A stretch of 57,283 nucleotides of DNA from a virus (Duplodnaviria; Caudoviricetes), in IMG/VR virus record IMGVR_UViG_3300034196_000024, positions 1-57,283 of that record. One strand, 5' to 3'. Below the pieces are notes generated by a model, which had not been told where the DNA came from, searched no databases, and saw only the letters and a program-made list of their open reading frames with translations. The translations under genes and the position numbers were made by a program. Shown here piece by piece: positions 57,150-57,283 of this stretch. Within the stretch, counting starts at the first letter, position 1; the number at the start of each line of letters is the position of its first letter.

Positions 57150-57283
57150 CAGGCGCTATGAGTGAACCTGGGGACAGCTCAGAGAAGCAAGGATCAGGTG
57201 ACTCGATCGGCCGAATCAGAATCACCAGCCTGGAGACAGGTGAGGTGGTCTACGAAGGCCCGGTAAAGCCAGGAGGAGCGGTG

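Overview
The window looks like an essentially complete, probably circularly permuted, ~57 kb genome of a lytic, high-GC actinobacterial siphovirus; no integrase or repressor is recognisable. Layout: a non-coding, compositionally odd left end (1-600); small early genes behind many TTGACA-N17/18-TAGxxT promoters (0.6-7.8 kb), including a pentapeptide-repeat protein, a BldC-like HTH and a LAxTG sortase-type surface protein; accessory fibre genes, terminase, portal, capsid, tail, tape measure and lysis genes (8-33.5 kb); then replication and nucleotide-metabolism genes (35-57 kb). Most notable: (1) a probable pyrimidine-modification pathway with two thymidylate-synthase-fold genes that both carry Asp at the dUMP/dCMP specificity position, plus kinase, MazG-like pyrophosphatase, deaminase and a PolA fused to a degenerate family-4 UDG domain; (2) a dispersed ~130 bp non-coding element in at least four intergenic gaps, sharing vocabulary with the AC/GT-depleted left end; (3) candidate structured ncRNAs and a mini tRNA-like element; (4) a +1 TTT-CGT tail-chaperone frameshift. 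All calls come from motifs read by eye; no database search or folding computation was run.
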